This document shows, piece by piece, positions 28,495 to 38,566 of a stretch of DNA of 64,000 bases. The notes beneath the pieces were generated by a model. The model was not told where the DNA came from. It saw only the letters and a program-made list of their open reading frames with translations, and did not search any database. The stretch spans positions 23,195 through 87,194 of the forward strand of contig LVBK01000009.1 in assembly GCA_001604385.1 (NCBI GenBank). Reading direction: 5' to 3'. Each line of letters begins with the position of its first letter. Position 1 is the first letter of the stretch. Source of the stretch: Spirochaetales bacterium Spiro_09 (GTDB taxonomy: Bacteria > Spirochaetota > Spirochaetia > Treponematales > Treponemataceae). Both the position numbers and the translations under genes were made by a program.

Positions 28495-30677
28495 AACTCA
28501 AAGTACCATCTTTGTTCCGAAAAAGGTATACCGAAAAGGCGTATCAGAAGAAGATCCTCAAAAAAATTCACATTTCCGAGGACAAAAAATTCCTGGAGTC
28601 CCTGTTTTCGACTATTACACACAAGGGTAAAGAATTTTACACCATACAGCAAGAACAGGTTACCGACAAAAAGATCGCGAACAAACTGAAAGTGCTTGCA
28701 AAGTCAATCAAGGCACAAAAAGGACGATTCAATGTTCTTGCCATCGCAGCATCCTTTATTATCATTGTTGCTCTCATGCTCGTTCTCGTGGTCTTCAGGA
28801 ATCCCGTTGCACGGTATGTGTTGACCACCTCCCTGCAGGGAGTCTTCGGTGCCAAGGTTGAAATTGGTACTGTTGATGTCAATCTGCTTGACAGCAAATT
28901 TCTGCTGGAGGATTTGTCGGTCGCAAATCGTAATGAACCGATGAAAAATCTTTTTCAGGTATCAAAGATCGATCTCGATTTCAATATACTGGAATTAAGC
29001 CGGGGAAAAATTGTTGCAGAGAATCTTGAGGTAAGCGGCGTAAGCTGGAACACGGAACGAAGGGAATCAGGATCTCTCCCTCCGGCTGCCGAGAAGAAAT
29101 ACACTGACAAGAAAAAGCGTGAAAACACTGAACCGAACCCCGTATTCCAGAAATTTGACGAACAGCTGGAAACACTGAAAGCAGGAATCTCGATTTCTTC
29201 GGGAATGGATTCCGTAGTAAACAGCCTTGATCCGGTAAAAATTCTTGAAAACGAGTTAGGCACCCTGCAATCTCCTGCTATAGTCGAGGAAATTTCACAA
29301 AAGGTTCCCGCATTGACCACCAAGTGGGAACAAACTTCAACCAGAACAAAGGAAACCGCCGCAGAAGTGTCAAAAAAGGCGGCAACAATTACCGCGATAG
29401 ATCCAAAATCCCTAAAAACAGTACAGGCTGTTCAATCCACGCTGGTCACGGTTAATGAAGCTTCAGGTACACTGCAAAAAGCAGCAACGGAAGCCGTTAG
29501 CCTGCAACGGGAAATGAGTACCGACATTAGCTATGTCAGCTCTCTTTCAAAACAGGCTGACACTGCGCTTCGAGCCGACTCGGAACGTCTTGCCCAGCTG
29601 TCTTCATCGATCAAATCGGTTAACCTGGACAGCGGAATGCGCCTCGTTTCTGGCATTTTTGATACCTTCCTGATTAACACGCTCGGCAACTACTATCCGT
29701 TGCTTAACAAGGGAATGGGTCTCATCGAATCATCGCAAACCAACAAAAAAACTGAGCAACAAACCAGTCTCAAAAAAAGGGCTAATGCCGTATCAAGATT
29801 ACCGGGTCGAACTATAGTGTTCGGCACCGATTCTGCGCCCACACTGCACATTAAACGCAGTGCGGTATCGATCAATGATATTCACACCGGCATTAGCGGA
29901 GAAGTGACCTGTCTCGATATCACAAATGACCAGGAACGTACCGGAAAGCCGTTTGCGTTCAATGTGGCTCTTCGTCATGGCTCAATGAGCGAGATGTTGC
30001 AGGGAGCTATCGACCTGAGGTCCTCTGCAGAAAAAACTGTTGCCAGTTCATTTACTGTTACAGGGTATCAGGTAAAGCTTCCCTCATCAGGGCAGAAAGC
30101 GGTTCCCTCGGTTACAGGAATGCTAACTGCCATTGGAACCTTTAACCTGGCCCCGGAAGGAGAATTCCAGGTAGAATCCCGCTTAGCCCTGCAACCGGTA
30201 CAATTAACAGTCAATTCATTTGAACCTGCATTTCTGTATCGGGAGTATCAAACGTCGCTTTCCGGCATAAGCAGACTTGACATGAATGCACAGGCAACTA
30301 TAGACAGGAACGGAAAAATTGTAATTTCAGTAGATTCAGATATCGACAGGCAACTGCACAGGGTTGTACAGGATGCAGCAAACCGGCAGGTGGCGGCGGT
30401 AAAAAAAGCTGTTGAAAAAGAGGCTCAAAACTGGATTACTGGACAAAAGGCAACATACAGCGAACAGATTGGACGATTCACTACCATTACTCAGGCTGGA
30501 CAAAAAAATATAGCTGACATCCGAAAGCATGAAAGCACTGCTGACAACAAAAAAGCCGAACTTGACAGGCGAATGAAGGAAATAGCCGAACAACAAGCAG
30601 CGCCGGTAAAAGAAGCAACGGACAGGGCCATCAAACAAGCGGAGAAATCTATTCCGAACGTAAAAAAACTATTCTAG
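28491..30677 (+). CDS. TIGR03545-like membrane-anchored protein
   Basis: TM helix then 'GAKVEI...L.VAN..EPMKNLF', long coiled coil, 'GRTIVF', beta-rich C-terminus with 'DSDID'; coupled to the TIGR03546-like gene. Confidence 0.78.
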   Translation: MKLKVPSLFRKRYTEKAYQKKILKKIHISEDKKFLESLFSTITHKGKEFYTIQQEQVTDKKIANKLKVLAKSIKAQKGRFNVLAIAASFIIIVALMLVLVVFRNPVARYVLTTSLQGVFGAKVEIGTVDVNLLDSKFLLEDLSVANRNEPMKNLFQVSKIDLDFNILELSRGKIVAENLEVSGVSWNTERRESGSLPPAAEKKYTDKKKRENTEPNPVFQKFDEQLETLKAGISISSGMDSVVNSLDPVKILENELGTLQSPAIVEEISQKVPALTTKWEQTSTRTKETAAEVSKKAATITAIDPKSLKTVQAVQSTLVTVNEASGTLQKAATEAVSLQREMSTDISYVSSLSKQADTALRADSERLAQLSSSIKSVNLDSGMRLVSGIFDTFLINTLGNYYPLLNKGMGLIESSQTNKKTEQQTSLKKRANAVSRLPGRTIVFGTDSAPTLHIKRSAVSINDIHTGISGEVTCLDITNDQERTGKPFAFNVALRHGSMSEMLQGAIDLRSSAEKTVASSFTVTGYQVKLPSSGQKAVPSVTGMLTAIGTFNLAPEGEFQVESRLALQPVQLTVNSFEPAFLYREYQTSLSGISRLDMNAQATIDRNGKIVISVDSDIDRQLHRVVQDAANRQVAAVKKAVEKEAQNWITGQKATYSEQIGRFTTITQAGQKNIADIRKHESTADNKKAELDRRMKEIAEQQAAPVKEATDRAIKQAEKSIPNVKKLF

Positions 30678-30699
30678 GAAATCCGCACGAAGAGAATAT

Positions 30700-30744
30700 A
30701 AAGGATCCCGCCCCTACCGGAAGGTAGAGGCGGGATCCTTTTTT
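30700..30744. terminator. bidirectional rho-independent terminator
   Basis: AAAGGATCCCGCC-CCTACC-GGAA-GGTAGA-GGCGGGATCCTTT hairpin with a T tract, between convergent genes. Confidence 0.88.
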
Positions 30745-30762
30745 ATCAACTGTCAGTCATGC

Positions 30763-32394
30763 TTATTCAAGCGTCTGGTCCACAAGATCCGTAGACCGAA
30801 GCAGACGGATTTTACCGTCAATATCCTGAACCAAAAGTCCTTTTGAAGTGACCATCACCGGTGTTTCACCGATAACACTGATTGCAGATTGCGCCTTCAT
30901 CTCGAGCATACTGTCAAATCGTGCCACAGCAAAACTACCATTTGATCGTTCAATAACCGCATACCAGTCATTTCCGTTATTCACCAGAACACTGTGTTCA
31001 CCGATAGGATCCGCTCCCTGTTTTGTCATTTCAAGTGTCTTTGTATCAATTCGCACAAGCCGTATGGACGAATTACCGCCTTTTTTCCCGGCTATTGCAA
31101 TAAGCGTACCATCGGTTTCAAATATCATCCTGTTTCGAATCGAATTCAGGGGGGAGGTTTGAATTATCCTGCCATCATTCAAATTGACCAAAACAAGTTC
31201 AGAAAGCAATTGACCAGGATCGACAAGGCGAAGGGCAAAGCCAGGCACTATCGCGGCGAGGGCGGCATCCGCAGCTGCCTGTTGCGCTGCGACCTCCTCA
31301 TCAACCTGTTTTTGAACATCGGAGGCAATTTCTCTGCGCTCGCTTTGCACTTCCAGGGCTTTTGTGTCTGCAAGTTTTTGATCTGCCGCAGCTTCCGACT
31401 CTTTTTGCGCAACTGTTTGAGCGGCAGAGCGGGACTCTTCGCGTTTTTCTGCGGCTTCTTCCGATTTCTTTTCGGCAACCTGTGCGGTTTCGACAGCCTT
31501 CATTTGAGCTGCTTCATCATCGGGACGAGCTTCTGCCTCTTTGCGTGCCGATTCAGCAATGCGCTGTGCTTCCTGGGCAGCGCGCGTCGCGGCATCTGCT
31601 TCAACTTTTTTTTGATCAGCATCGGAACGGGCATCAGCAGCGGCTTTCTGTGACTCAGCGGCACGCTCCTGGGCCGCATCGGATTCACGCTCCTTGAGCT
31701 CTGCCATATCCCGACGTGAATCGATACCCGCACCTTCATCTTCTTTCATTCTGTCAACAACATCCCGCGAAGTTAAACTGCTTGTGTCAATTGTACTGAT
31801 TGTACCCGCAAGACGGGGATCGGAGAGCGGAATGACTATTTGTGTTTTGCCCGGCCATTCAGTGTAACGCACGGACAAACCGACATGTTCTGCAGTTAAA
31901 TACGAAAGAACAAGAGGCTTGTAACGGGTTTTATATGATTCAAGTTTACCCCGGTACACCGCATTGTAGACCGTAATAAATACAGAAAGGGTTGTCGCAT
32001 CCCGTTCCGAGTAATTGTATGCAGTCTGTAAATATGCACTGATAATTCTGCGCACATTGTCGATGTGATCAACCTGAGCACGGGAACCAAAAAAAAGAAT
32101 ATCTGCATCAAGACCCGTAATAACTGACGGATCAACCGCGCGAATAATGTAATATCTGTCGGTATCTCCAAACCGTGTGCTTCCGGTGACTCCTGAAGCA
32201 AGATTCCGGCCGATCCCCTGAATTTCTTCAATGGTATTTATTGTGTCCTGGGGCCCGGTATAATTGATAAACTCAATATCGGTACCATCGGCTACACTTC
32301 CCAGCTCTCCCCGGTCAACCTCGAGCGAGAAAACCGAAAAAGGGGTTATTACACATAAAACGGCACACAAAAGCAGTACCATGATCCGATTCAT
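30763..32394 (-). CDS. P83/100-family spirochaete protein
   Basis: Signal peptide, 'IEFINYTGP', 'DADI', 'VDHIDNVRRII..YL..AYNYS..DA.TL..FITVYNAVYRG', 'WPGKTQIVIPL', Ala/Glu coiled coil, beta-rich C-terminus; SD GGAGG. Confidence 0.8.
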   Translation of the reverse strand: MNRIMVLLLCAVLCVITPFSVFSLEVDRGELGSVADGTDIEFINYTGPQDTINTIEEIQGIGRNLASGVTGSTRFGDTDRYYIIRAVDPSVITGLDADILFFGSRAQVDHIDNVRRIISAYLQTAYNYSERDATTLSVFITVYNAVYRGKLESYKTRYKPLVLSYLTAEHVGLSVRYTEWPGKTQIVIPLSDPRLAGTISTIDTSSLTSRDVVDRMKEDEGAGIDSRRDMAELKERESDAAQERAAESQKAAADARSDADQKKVEADAATRAAQEAQRIAESARKEAEARPDDEAAQMKAVETAQVAEKKSEEAAEKREESRSAAQTVAQKESEAAADQKLADTKALEVQSERREIASDVQKQVDEEVAAQQAAADAALAAIVPGFALRLVDPGQLLSELVLVNLNDGRIIQTSPLNSIRNRMIFETDGTLIAIAGKKGGNSSIRLVRIDTKTLEMTKQGADPIGEHSVLVNNGNDWYAVIERSNGSFAVARFDSMLEMKAQSAISVIGETPVMVTSKGLLVQDIDGKIRLLRSTDLVDQTLE

Positions 32395-32427
32395 CAACAC
32401 ACCTCCGATAAATAAATACACCTATAG

Positions 32428-34065
32428 CTATTGCAGTATTCGTGCCAGTATTTGCTGTGCATATGACCGAACCCGTCCGTCATACGGCTCTTTGGTCATT
32501 TCAAGAAGAATTCTGCTTGCCTCGACAGAACGTTGCCCGCCAGTGTATCTCGCAAAGGTATACAGGGCATCACAGGCGGCAAGATGGACGTTTATCATGT
32601 GCAAGGGACTCGACCGCGACACATGACGTACTGCCGATATTTCCTCATCACCAGCACCCGGACCCGACACAGCAAGGGCAAGCAAAAGACCGACCGACAG
32701 CGTTTCATCGGGATTCCGGTACATCTGTTCAACCAGTAGGGCACGATATTCACCTGAACCGAGCCGGCCAAGCAATAGTGCCGAACGTGAGCGGTCTTCG
32801 GAAGCTACCGGGGCACTCAAAAAAGGATCTCCGGTGTTGTTTGTCAAAAGCTCCGAAAGCCGCCGGGCATAATGCACTTCCCGTATACCGACATTACCGT
32901 CATCAATGTCCCGTTGAATTGCAGCAAATAGCGTCTTTGTCTCTGATGCACTTACGCCCCAAAACCGGGACTTACCGGTAAGTATACCGTAATTTTGAGC
33001 TTTCAGCATCTTTTTTTCACGACCGATTCTGGTTTCCGTCCGCACCGCACTTATCCCGCCCTGAACCGTAGCCGCAACTATCACACCGCTGTCACTGATT
33101 ACCGGATTGACCAGGGACGAAACAAGAGAAATCTCCCATTCCTTTCTGCCGGACGCCGATAAGGCAATTGCTCTTCCAGGTAATACACAAATCAATTTAT
33201 CATACTCAAATGACAGAACCGGTTTGGAGGCGACCCCAAAGCCAAGATTCATTATCTGCAATTCGGTTCCGTCAGTGATATGCAGACTGCAAAAAGATCC
33301 ATCCGAGCTCAGTATGAATACCTCGTTACGGTTTACCGAAAGAGCCACAGGTTTTGAACGGCTTGTGTATGTCCAGATTATCTCGGTTTCACTTGCATTG
33401 TTTCTGCGGGGACGCACATCGCAGTATACGACCTGTCCATTTTCCAGTCCCGCAATGAATCCGGAGGGAGCTGGATGAATATCGATGGGAAGGGAAGGAA
33501 GCACAATACGCTCCAGGACCTCGCCGAATGGAGAAACACGCAGAATCGAGCCGTCTACAAGAAATACCAGAAGATGACCATCACCGGTTTCGCTCACCAT
33601 ACCGGTGGGTCTTGCCGGAACATTCGTACGCCACAACACGATGCCCGTTTGGCTGATTGCGTTGATATGTGTGGGAAACAAGAGAAAGATGCGACCATCC
33701 CGGCCGTGTACCGGGGCGCACACGGTCGGGCTCGATGACGACATTTGCCAGACAAAAAGACCGTCGGTATTATGAGCGCTCAATACACCGGGTTCGCTTA
33801 CCGCAAGAACCAGTCCGGAAGCCATAACGGTAAGAAAAAGAGGAGTACGGCCAGGAATTCTGCGATTCCATTTCAATTCACCCGATTCATCGATAGCTGT
33901 CAGTGTCCGGTCAATGCCGGCGGCGAAAATTCTTCCATCGTGCAGCACGGGACCTGCCGATATCTGACCGGGCAATATTCGTGTCCACAAAACATCTCCC
34001 GGACCGGCATACACGGTCATGGAACATACCAACAAAGCGCCCCAAAAGAACCGTAGTGGGTTCAC
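32428..34065 (-). CDS. PQQ-like beta-propeller repeat protein with helical (HEAT-like) C-terminus
   Basis: Signal peptide, repeated 'G.l.W' blades (GDVLW, GELKW, GLFVW, GIVLW, GRKEW), C-terminal 'RSRSALLLGRLGS'. Confidence 0.7.
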   Translation of the reverse strand: MNPLRFFWGALLVCSMTVYAGPGDVLWTRILPGQISAGPVLHDGRIFAAGIDRTLTAIDESGELKWNRRIPGRTPLFLTVMASGLVLAVSEPGVLSAHNTDGLFVWQMSSSSPTVCAPVHGRDGRIFLLFPTHINAISQTGIVLWRTNVPARPTGMVSETGDGHLLVFLVDGSILRVSPFGEVLERIVLPSLPIDIHPAPSGFIAGLENGQVVYCDVRPRRNNASETEIIWTYTSRSKPVALSVNRNEVFILSSDGSFCSLHITDGTELQIMNLGFGVASKPVLSFEYDKLICVLPGRAIALSASGRKEWEISLVSSLVNPVISDSGVIVAATVQGGISAVRTETRIGREKKMLKAQNYGILTGKSRFWGVSASETKTLFAAIQRDIDDGNVGIREVHYARRLSELLTNNTGDPFLSAPVASEDRSRSALLLGRLGSGEYRALLVEQMYRNPDETLSVGLLLALAVSGPGAGDEEISAVRHVSRSSPLHMINVHLAACDALYTFARYTGGQRSVEASRILLEMTKEPYDGRVRSYAQQILARILQ

Positions 34066-35207
34066 CGATCTCTCCTGAATACCCCCAGGGTTTCCACATG
34101 ATGTGTTTGCGGGTAGAAATCAAATAACCTGACAGTCTCAAGAACATACCCTGAGGCAACAAGCCGTTTTGCGTCACGGGAAAAAGTTACCGGATCGCAG
34201 GAAACATAATAAATATCCGGGATGCCCGAATTGGAAATCCAATTCATCGCCCCTGCACCGATGCCCTGCCGGGGAGGATCGATGATCATACAATCGTATG
34301 ATTGCCGTGCTTCAGGGCGAACAGGCCATGCATCATCGCCGGTGCAGCAGAACGTTGCCCTGAGGCTTGCATTCATCAGGTTTTTTTCGGCATAGATGAG
34401 AGCCCCCCGATTATGTTCTACAAGCACCGAGCTGGAAAAGGCTGAAGCACATAAACGGGAAAAAGTCCCGACTCCTGCATAAAAATCAAGCAGCTGTCCC
34501 TGACCGCCAAAGCGGCTGTCAAGTTCATTTTTCAGCCAATCGGCAAGACGCCCCAACATGTGAATATTGGACTGAAAAAAACCGCGAATATCAAAATACA
34601 GGGGAACCCCGTTGACGGTTACGTGACATTCCGTGTCTCCCCCCTGGTGAAAGACATGGTCATCGGTGCCGAAAATTGGAAACCGCTTTTCCGCAAACGA
34701 CCGGTCCATCCATTTCCGGATGCTCCCGTCGGTCAAGGCATTTCGTATGGACGAAACGGCAACCGGGCAATCCCTGATTCCTACCAGTCTGTTGGAGGCC
34801 TCTTCCCTGAGTGCCGGTTCACCGTCCGCAGTCCGGTGAAACTGGAACCGTGAACGGTATTCGAACTCCGCCCCCGATTCAATGGTGACACCACCCGCAA
34901 ACGGCACATGAGCGCGTGCCATGGAGAATTCCAGAATATTCAGACGCAGCTCGCGCTGATACTGTTCATCTGCCATTTGCAAATTGCATCCCCCGCATCG
35001 GGAAAAAAGGGGGCAGGGGGGCTGTCTTCTGTGAGGTGAACCTTCATGTATTGCAATTACCTCGGCAAAGGCATACTCTTTTTTATCAAGAACAATTCGC
35101 AGATCAAGGGTTTCACCCGGCAAACTCAGAGGGACAAACACTGCTTTCCCGTCTATGCGGGCGAGGCAGGATCCTCCTGCGACAATTTTTTCTGTTTTAC
35201 TGATCAC
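34062..35207 (-). CDS. rlmD: 23S rRNA m5U methyltransferase (RlmD/TrmA family)
   Basis: TRAM N-terminus, CPLFSRCGGC...C Fe-S motif, 'FFQSN', 'DFYAGVG', 'DPPR', 'YVSCDP', 'DFYPQTHHVE'. GTG 35207 chosen from promoter spacing. Confidence 0.85.
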   Translation of the reverse strand: MISKTEKIVAGGSCLARIDGKAVFVPLSLPGETLDLRIVLDKKEYAFAEVIAIHEGSPHRRQPPCPLFSRCGGCNLQMADEQYQRELRLNILEFSMARAHVPFAGGVTIESGAEFEYRSRFQFHRTADGEPALREEASNRLVGIRDCPVAVSSIRNALTDGSIRKWMDRSFAEKRFPIFGTDDHVFHQGGDTECHVTVNGVPLYFDIRGFFQSNIHMLGRLADWLKNELDSRFGGQGQLLDFYAGVGTFSRLCASAFSSSVLVEHNRGALIYAEKNLMNASLRATFCCTGDDAWPVRPEARQSYDCMIIDPPRQGIGAGAMNWISNSGIPDIYYVSCDPVTFSRDAKRLVASGYVLETVRLFDFYPQTHHVETLGVFRRDR

Positions 35208-35241
35208 GATCAACAGTATATCATATATGCAGGAGTTATTT

Positions 35242-36186
35242 ATGCCCTATGACTGTAATTTTCTGACGGTATCTGACGGGGAACACCTTGCCGTTCATCA
35301 GTGGATTCCGGAAAACGGTATTCAAAAGATCATAGTTCTTTCACACGGGATGATGGAGTTCGCCGCCCGTTACGAGCGCTTCGCACTCAAGGCGAACGAA
35401 CAAGGGATCGCGGTCTATGCCCCGGACCACCGGGGGCATGGCAGGACGGCGGGTTCACTCAGCCGGCTGGGGATTGTCGCCGCTCCCCGCCCTTTTGACC
35501 GGATGTCAGCAGATCTGCGCGAAACGGTCGATCACGCATCACTCCGCCATCCAGGCCTTCCGGTGATCCTTATGGGTCATTCTTTCGGTTCATTTTTAGC
35601 CCTGCATTGCATCGAAATTCAGGGCACGCGCTTTTCCGGGTGCATTCTCTCGGGTTCCCGCGGTCCTGACCCCATCATGGACAAGGCTCTCAGGATACTA
35701 TCCTTTAAAATGTCGGTACTGACGGGTCGGGACAAACCGTCGCCGTTTCTCAATACACTCGCTTTTGGCTCCTGCAATAAACGCATTCCGCACCCGGCCA
35801 CATCCAATGACTGGTTAAGCCGCGACGAGGCGGAGGTTGCTGCATACAACGCGTCACCCTGGTGCGGTTTCGCCTGTTCACCCGGTTTTTACGGTGCCCT
35901 CGGCACAGGTTTTGCGACTATTTATCGCAAGAAATTACTTCAAGCCATCCCTGAAATGCTACCAATCCTGTTGATCTCCGGCACTGATGATCCCATAGGC
36001 GGATACGGCGTTCTTTCACGAAAACTGTGTGTGCGTCTGCAGAATGCCGGCATACGAAATGTCTCGCTTTCACTGTATCAGGACGGTCGGCACGAACTGC
36101 TTAATGACCTCGACCGGGATCAGGTCACCCAAGATCTGATGAGCTGGATAAATGCACTGCCGTTGACACAAAAGTCCAATCTGTAG
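35242..36186 (+). CDS. alpha/beta hydrolase (lysophospholipase/monoacylglycerol lipase-like)
   Basis: 'HGMMEF..RY', 'DHRGHG', GHSFG nucleophile elbow, 'GTDDP', 'RHELLND'; SD AGGAG. Confidence 0.9.
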   Translation: MPYDCNFLTVSDGEHLAVHQWIPENGIQKIIVLSHGMMEFAARYERFALKANEQGIAVYAPDHRGHGRTAGSLSRLGIVAAPRPFDRMSADLRETVDHASLRHPGLPVILMGHSFGSFLALHCIEIQGTRFSGCILSGSRGPDPIMDKALRILSFKMSVLTGRDKPSPFLNTLAFGSCNKRIPHPATSNDWLSRDEAEVAAYNASPWCGFACSPGFYGALGTGFATIYRKKLLQAIPEMLPILLISGTDDPIGGYGVLSRKLCVRLQNAGIRNVSLSLYQDGRHELLNDLDRDQVTQDLMSWINALPLTQKSNL

Positions 36187-36201
36187 AGAATAGGTACACT
36201 C

Positions 36202-37380
36202 ATGCTGACACGATACAGACCGGATGCAAAGGGCAGGGCAGTCCGTAAAGCCCTGGTTTATACAAAAAACGAACATGGAATCCATAAGGACCAGATAGAC
36301 CCTGAAGCGGTCAGAATTATTGCTCATTTGCGAAATAACGGATATGACGGTTATCTCGTAGGCGGTGCAGTTCGGGATCTCCTGATCGGGAAAATCCCGA
36401 AAGATTTTGATATTGTAACCAACGCGGAACCAGCTAGAATCAAGCGAATTTTCCGGAATTCACGTATCATAGGCAAGCGCTTTCGTTTGGTACATATTTT
36501 CTTCGGCTCAAATATCTTTGAAGTGTCAACTTTCCGATCCCTCGAAGAGGGCACAACCGGAAACAGTTTCGGAACAATGGATGAGGATGTCCAGCGCCGT
36601 GACTTTACCATGAATGCGCTCTATTATGATCCGATCAAGGAACAGCTGGTCGATTATGTCGGCGGCGTTCGCGATATCAGGGCAAAGAAGCTTAAAGAAG
36701 TCATACCCCTGAAAACAATTTTCATCGATGATCCGGTTCGTATGATCCGGGCTATAAAATATGCGGTATCGACCGGATGTACCATTCCATTCCGGCTGGG
36801 TCGCCGAATAAGAAAATCATCTGCTTTATTATTGCCTGTTTCACCATCACGTTTGACCGAAGAGCTAATCAAAATTCTCAACAGCGGCCGTTCGCAGCAC
36901 ATTGTGCAAGAAGCCCTGAAGTATGACCTGTATATGTATCTCCAACCTGCGGCATGCAGTCTGTTCGATGACAGTCCGTCTTACGCACACTCCTATTCTG
37001 AAAGCTTGTCAGAGCTTGACCGCTTGATAGGAACCGGTGAAGACGTACGTCTTGGTCGCAAGCTGGTACCGCTAATAAAGGATTTGTTACAAAGAATTAC
37101 CGACTGGAATGGAAATCCCGCAGATGTCTATCATCATGTCTATCATGAATGCAGACGGTTTATCATGCCCATGAATCCTCCGCGAATCGAACTTGAATAT
37201 GCGGTTCGCTATTGTCTGAAAGAAGGCGGTCTTTCAATTCGAATACCACGTCAAAGAGAACGGGACAATAAAAGGAAGGAAGGCGATGTCAAGCAAGCGC
37301 CTGGTGAAAACCAAAGCGCACCCCGTAAACGGCGCAGAAACCGCAGAAAACCAGTTACAACTATTTCTGCATCACAGTAA
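36202..37380 (+). CDS. pcnB: poly(A) polymerase I
   Basis: 'VGGAVRDLL', 'DFD', PAP-type signature 'IIGKRFRLVHI', 'RRDFT.NAL', 'DDPVRMIRA', basic C-terminal tail. Confidence 0.88.
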   Translation: MLTRYRPDAKGRAVRKALVYTKNEHGIHKDQIDPEAVRIIAHLRNNGYDGYLVGGAVRDLLIGKIPKDFDIVTNAEPARIKRIFRNSRIIGKRFRLVHIFFGSNIFEVSTFRSLEEGTTGNSFGTMDEDVQRRDFTMNALYYDPIKEQLVDYVGGVRDIRAKKLKEVIPLKTIFIDDPVRMIRAIKYAVSTGCTIPFRLGRRIRKSSALLLPVSPSRLTEELIKILNSGRSQHIVQEALKYDLYMYLQPAACSLFDDSPSYAHSYSESLSELDRLIGTGEDVRLGRKLVPLIKDLLQRITDWNGNPADVYHHVYHECRRFIMPMNPPRIELEYAVRYCLKEGGLSIRIPRQRERDNKRKEGDVKQAPGENQSAPRKRRRNRRKPVTTISASQ

Positions 37381-38554
37381 GTAATTGTTCTCCCCGTTTA
37401 CCATACCGGGACGGGTTAACTTCCATGGCTGTCCTAATATGCTGTTCGGCTTCATCATATCTTTCCAAAGCGTAAAAGGCCAGACCAAGAGCCCAATTAC
37501 CCGTTGCGATGTCTGCTCCAAAAACAAGCGCATCACGATAAAAGCTTACCGCCGTTTCAAAGTTCCCTGCAGAATAGGAAACCAGCCCACGGTAATAGGT
37601 GACAACAGGATCGCCCTGTCTTCTGGAAGCAGCATGGGAAAAAGCACGTTCGGCATCGTCATACCGTCCGTAACTATACGCTTCCAGTCCTTCCTGAAAG
37701 ACTTCATCGAAGGTTTTCTTGTCAGCCAACCAGAGCCGGAAATCTTTGTCGGCTTTGCCCTCTTCAATCAAAACGGTAAACCGGTTTGCCACGAGTGCGG
37801 AGTTTTCCGTCTGTGACCGACTATTCCACCCGGTGTCGGGTTTCAATAACAGAAAGGCCTCATGTAAAAAACGTTGATAAACCGGATCTTTTGACTCGTG
37901 AAGAAAACTGACAAAGGCGCACAATTGCGGGTACAATACACGGGTTTCATACTGACCGGTCAAAGCCAGCAAAAGCGATGCTGCGGGAATATAGACTTCT
38001 TGATCTCGCTCTGAGGCCCGTGCCTGTTCAATCCAGAAAGATGAAGCAGAATTTTCTATTTGCCTGGAGAGCGAATTCCAGGAGACGTGTTCAATAATCG
38101 CCTGAAACCCGTCACGAATCCAAACGGGCGGTTCGTGTATATGTGAATACAGATACAGCAAATAAAGCTGTCTGTTCAAAGAGGAGCCGGCAAAGGCCTG
38201 ATACCCCTGTCCCGGATTCATTGGATACAACACTATCTCCGACCGGGCCTTGTTTTCATACTTTATATACAAATACTGGGTACGCTTTTGGCCGATTCGA
38301 TCAAACACGTATTGCTGAAATGTTTCTATATCGGGTGTAATCCGGATAAGTAATTTCTGTGTCACAGAGCCAGAATCAAATTTAAATATTGAGTCATAAT
38401 AGTCGATTATTGCCGAAAACGCTGTATCAACATCCTGAATATTGGAAAAATCATCAGGGTACTCAATAATGAAACGACGCGATTCATACTGAGCGGAAAA
38501 GATCTGGAATGAAATGAAACAAAGAAAGACACTTACAATAAATTTCTGTATCAT
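37361..38554 (-). CDS. exported TPR protein with degenerate gluzincin-like N-terminal domain
   Basis: Signal peptide; 'PPVWIRDG' resembles P.W..EG of peptidase MA but there is no HExxH; three C-terminal TPRs. Confidence 0.7.
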   Translation of the reverse strand: MIQKFIVSVFLCFISFQIFSAQYESRRFIIEYPDDFSNIQDVDTAFSAIIDYYDSIFKFDSGSVTQKLLIRITPDIETFQQYVFDRIGQKRTQYLYIKYENKARSEIVLYPMNPGQGYQAFAGSSLNRQLYLLYLYSHIHEPPVWIRDGFQAIIEHVSWNSLSRQIENSASSFWIEQARASERDQEVYIPAASLLLALTGQYETRVLYPQLCAFVSFLHESKDPVYQRFLHEAFLLLKPDTGWNSRSQTENSALVANRFTVLIEEGKADKDFRLWLADKKTFDEVFQEGLEAYSYGRYDDAERAFSHAASRRQGDPVVTYYRGLVSYSAGNFETAVSFYRDALVFGADIATGNWALGLAFYALERYDEAEQHIRTAMEVNPSRYGKRGEQLLTVMQK

Positions 38555-38566
38555 TAAGAGACTCCA

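Noticed and set aside
30994-31697. Plus-strand ORFs of 219 and 111 aa
   Set aside because: Antisense to the low-complexity coiled coil of the P83/100 gene, which suppresses stop codons
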